A stretch of 64,000 nucleotides of DNA from Laetmonice hystrix (taxonomy: Eukaryota). Made by a program: the position numbers and the translations under genes. The notes beneath the pieces are model-generated. The model did not search any database. It was given only the letters and a program-made list of their open reading frames with translations, and was not told the origin of the DNA. Shown here in pieces: positions 62,228-64,000 of this stretch. Within the stretch, counting starts at the first letter, position 1, and every line of letters starts with the position of its first letter. The stretch is from the NCBI GenBank assembly GCA_965235115.1, contig OZ249438.1:43524001-43588000 (forward strand), in the 5' to 3' direction.

Positions 62228-62338
62228 AACATGCAATCACTGATTGTAGTCCCCAAAGATTTGTTTTTGAATTGTGCTCTCCTCTTACTTTCTAATAACA
62301 GTCCGATCCATTTTTGCGATTTGCCTTGCGATGCCTTG

Positions 62339-62795
62339 CTAAAGTGATTCCGGTGAGGATATAGCATACTAAAGTGATTCCGGGGAGGATATAGCATACT
62401 AAAGTGATTCCGGTGAGGATATAGCATACTAAAGTGATTCCGGTGAGGATATAGCATACTAAAGTGATTCAGGGGAGGATATAGCATACTGAAGTGATTC
62501 AGGTGAGGATATAGCATACTAAAGTGATTCAGGTGAGGATATAGCATACTAAAGTAATTCGGGTGAGGATATAGCATACTAAAGTAATTCAGGTGAGGAT
62601 ATAGCATACTAAAGTGATTCAGGTGAGGATATAGCATACTAAAGTAATTCAGGTGAGGATATAGCATACTAAAGTGATTCAGGTGAGGATATAGCATACT
62701 AAAGTGATTCAGGTGAGGACATAGCATACTAAAGTGATTCAGGTGAGGACATAGCATACTAAAGTAATTCAGGTGAGGATATAGCATACTAAAGT
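62339..62795. repeat. 30-bp minisatellite, ~15 copies
   Basis: Unit taaagtgattcaggtgaggatatagcatac. Confidence 0.95.
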
Positions 62796-63537
62796 GAAAT
62801 CACTAAGAAATGGATTCTCGCCAGATTTCTCGATGTTCACGATTTCGTCTCCATTTGACAATCGAGAAGACATGAATGATAATTCCTCAGTATCAGGTTT
62901 CACGTGTTGTCGTGTCAATATTTGTGTTTAATTCTCGCTCGGTATGGAGACTCTATGATTGTCAGCCTCCGCTGTCGAATCGTGATCTGAACCCAGTCAG
63001 GATAATTTCTAATGAATAATGTATTTTATAGATACGCGGTATTAGGGGATAACTCGCATTCATTTCATGTCCACCGACTGCGGCGGTGTCCATGAAAGAT
63101 TCATGTCAACCATAGTTATGACTATGCAAAGATTCATGTCGAAATTTCTGGTGAATAGATCATGTTAAACGCACCGAGTGGGGAGGTTCAACTCTTTATG
63201 GGAATCATCAAAAAATTTTGCGTTATTCTTGGCAAAATCGTGAAATAAAATTGAGAAGGAAGCTATCCTTTTGAACGTGTATATTCAACATTTACTGCAT
63301 ACATTGTATGATGGAATCGCTGGACGCTGTTATTCAATCCTTGACAACCCTGAAATATTTGTTCAGTTCTTAAAATGCGAAAACAGGGTTTGATACCAGG
63401 AAAGACACCTTTAATTCCCGAACGGTGCTACACGTCGCCTGCTGGGAAGGTCAATCTATATTCAAATACTGAGCTCTACTGAATAATCTCCCTGTCAACA
63501 GATAGAACGCCCAACTTGTACCGCATTAATCAGCATG

Positions 63538-64000
63538 TACGATGACTAATCCCACCACTAACCTAACACATACATTCATGTTTCCTTCCATGGCACGATG
63601 ACTAATCCCACCACTAACCTAACACATACATTCATGTTTCCGTCCAGGGATGGCACGATGACTAATCCCACCACTAACCTAACACATACATTCATGTTTC
63701 CTTCCAGAGATGGCACGATGACTAATCCCACCACTAACCTAACACATACATTCATGTTTCCTTCCATGGTACGATGACTAATCCCACCACTAACCTAACA
63801 CATACATTCATGTTTCCTTCCATGGCACGATGACTAATCCCACCACTAACCTAACACATACATTCATGTTTCCGTCCATGGCACGATGACTAATCCCACC
63901 ACTAACCTAACACATACATTCATGTTTCCTTCCATGGTACGATGACTAATCCCACCACTAACCTAACACATACATTCATGTTTCCTTCCATGGCACGATG
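63538..64000. repeat. 56/60-bp minisatellite running off the window end
   Basis: Unit gatgactaatcccaccactaacctaacacatacattcatgtttccttccatggcac. Confidence 0.93.

Noticed and set aside
62800-62925. Minus-strand LSNGDEIVNI resembling the missing PDZ second half
   Set aside because: Wrong strand relative to the PDZ exon, in-frame TAA just upstream, no acceptor.

Overview
Eukaryotic (animal, probably marine-invertebrate; inference from SINE/MITE content and spliced genes) genomic DNA, not prokaryotic: no CRISPR, operon or rRNA was seen. It holds (1) a ZNFX1-like gene on + with one ~5 kb exon (5243-10340: intact SF1/UPF1-like helicase motifs, NF-X1 zinc-finger array, Cys/His RING-like segment) and two small 3' exons for the C-terminal RZ finger (11048-11150, 11435-); (2) two in-phase exons of an unidentified PDZ-domain gene (22551-22682, 23127-23250) whose next exon I could not find; (3) many MITEs, two tRNA-derived SINEs and several decayed LINE/transposase scraps; (4) about 40 unrelated tandem arrays, by hand tally ~24-25 kb (~39% of the window, ~70% of the last 15 kb). 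Nearly all long ORFs in the track other than ZNFX1 are artefacts of these arrays. Main observation: the last ZNFX1 exon has been broken by a 36-38 bp minisatellite built from its own RZ-finger codons (V-E-S-K-C-P-E-C-x-G-A-E), while the helicase is still open and intact. Other arrays also appear seeded from whatever local sequence was present (a SINE head, MITE-like ends), suggesting seed-agnostic tandem amplification. One assembly gap (946-1133).
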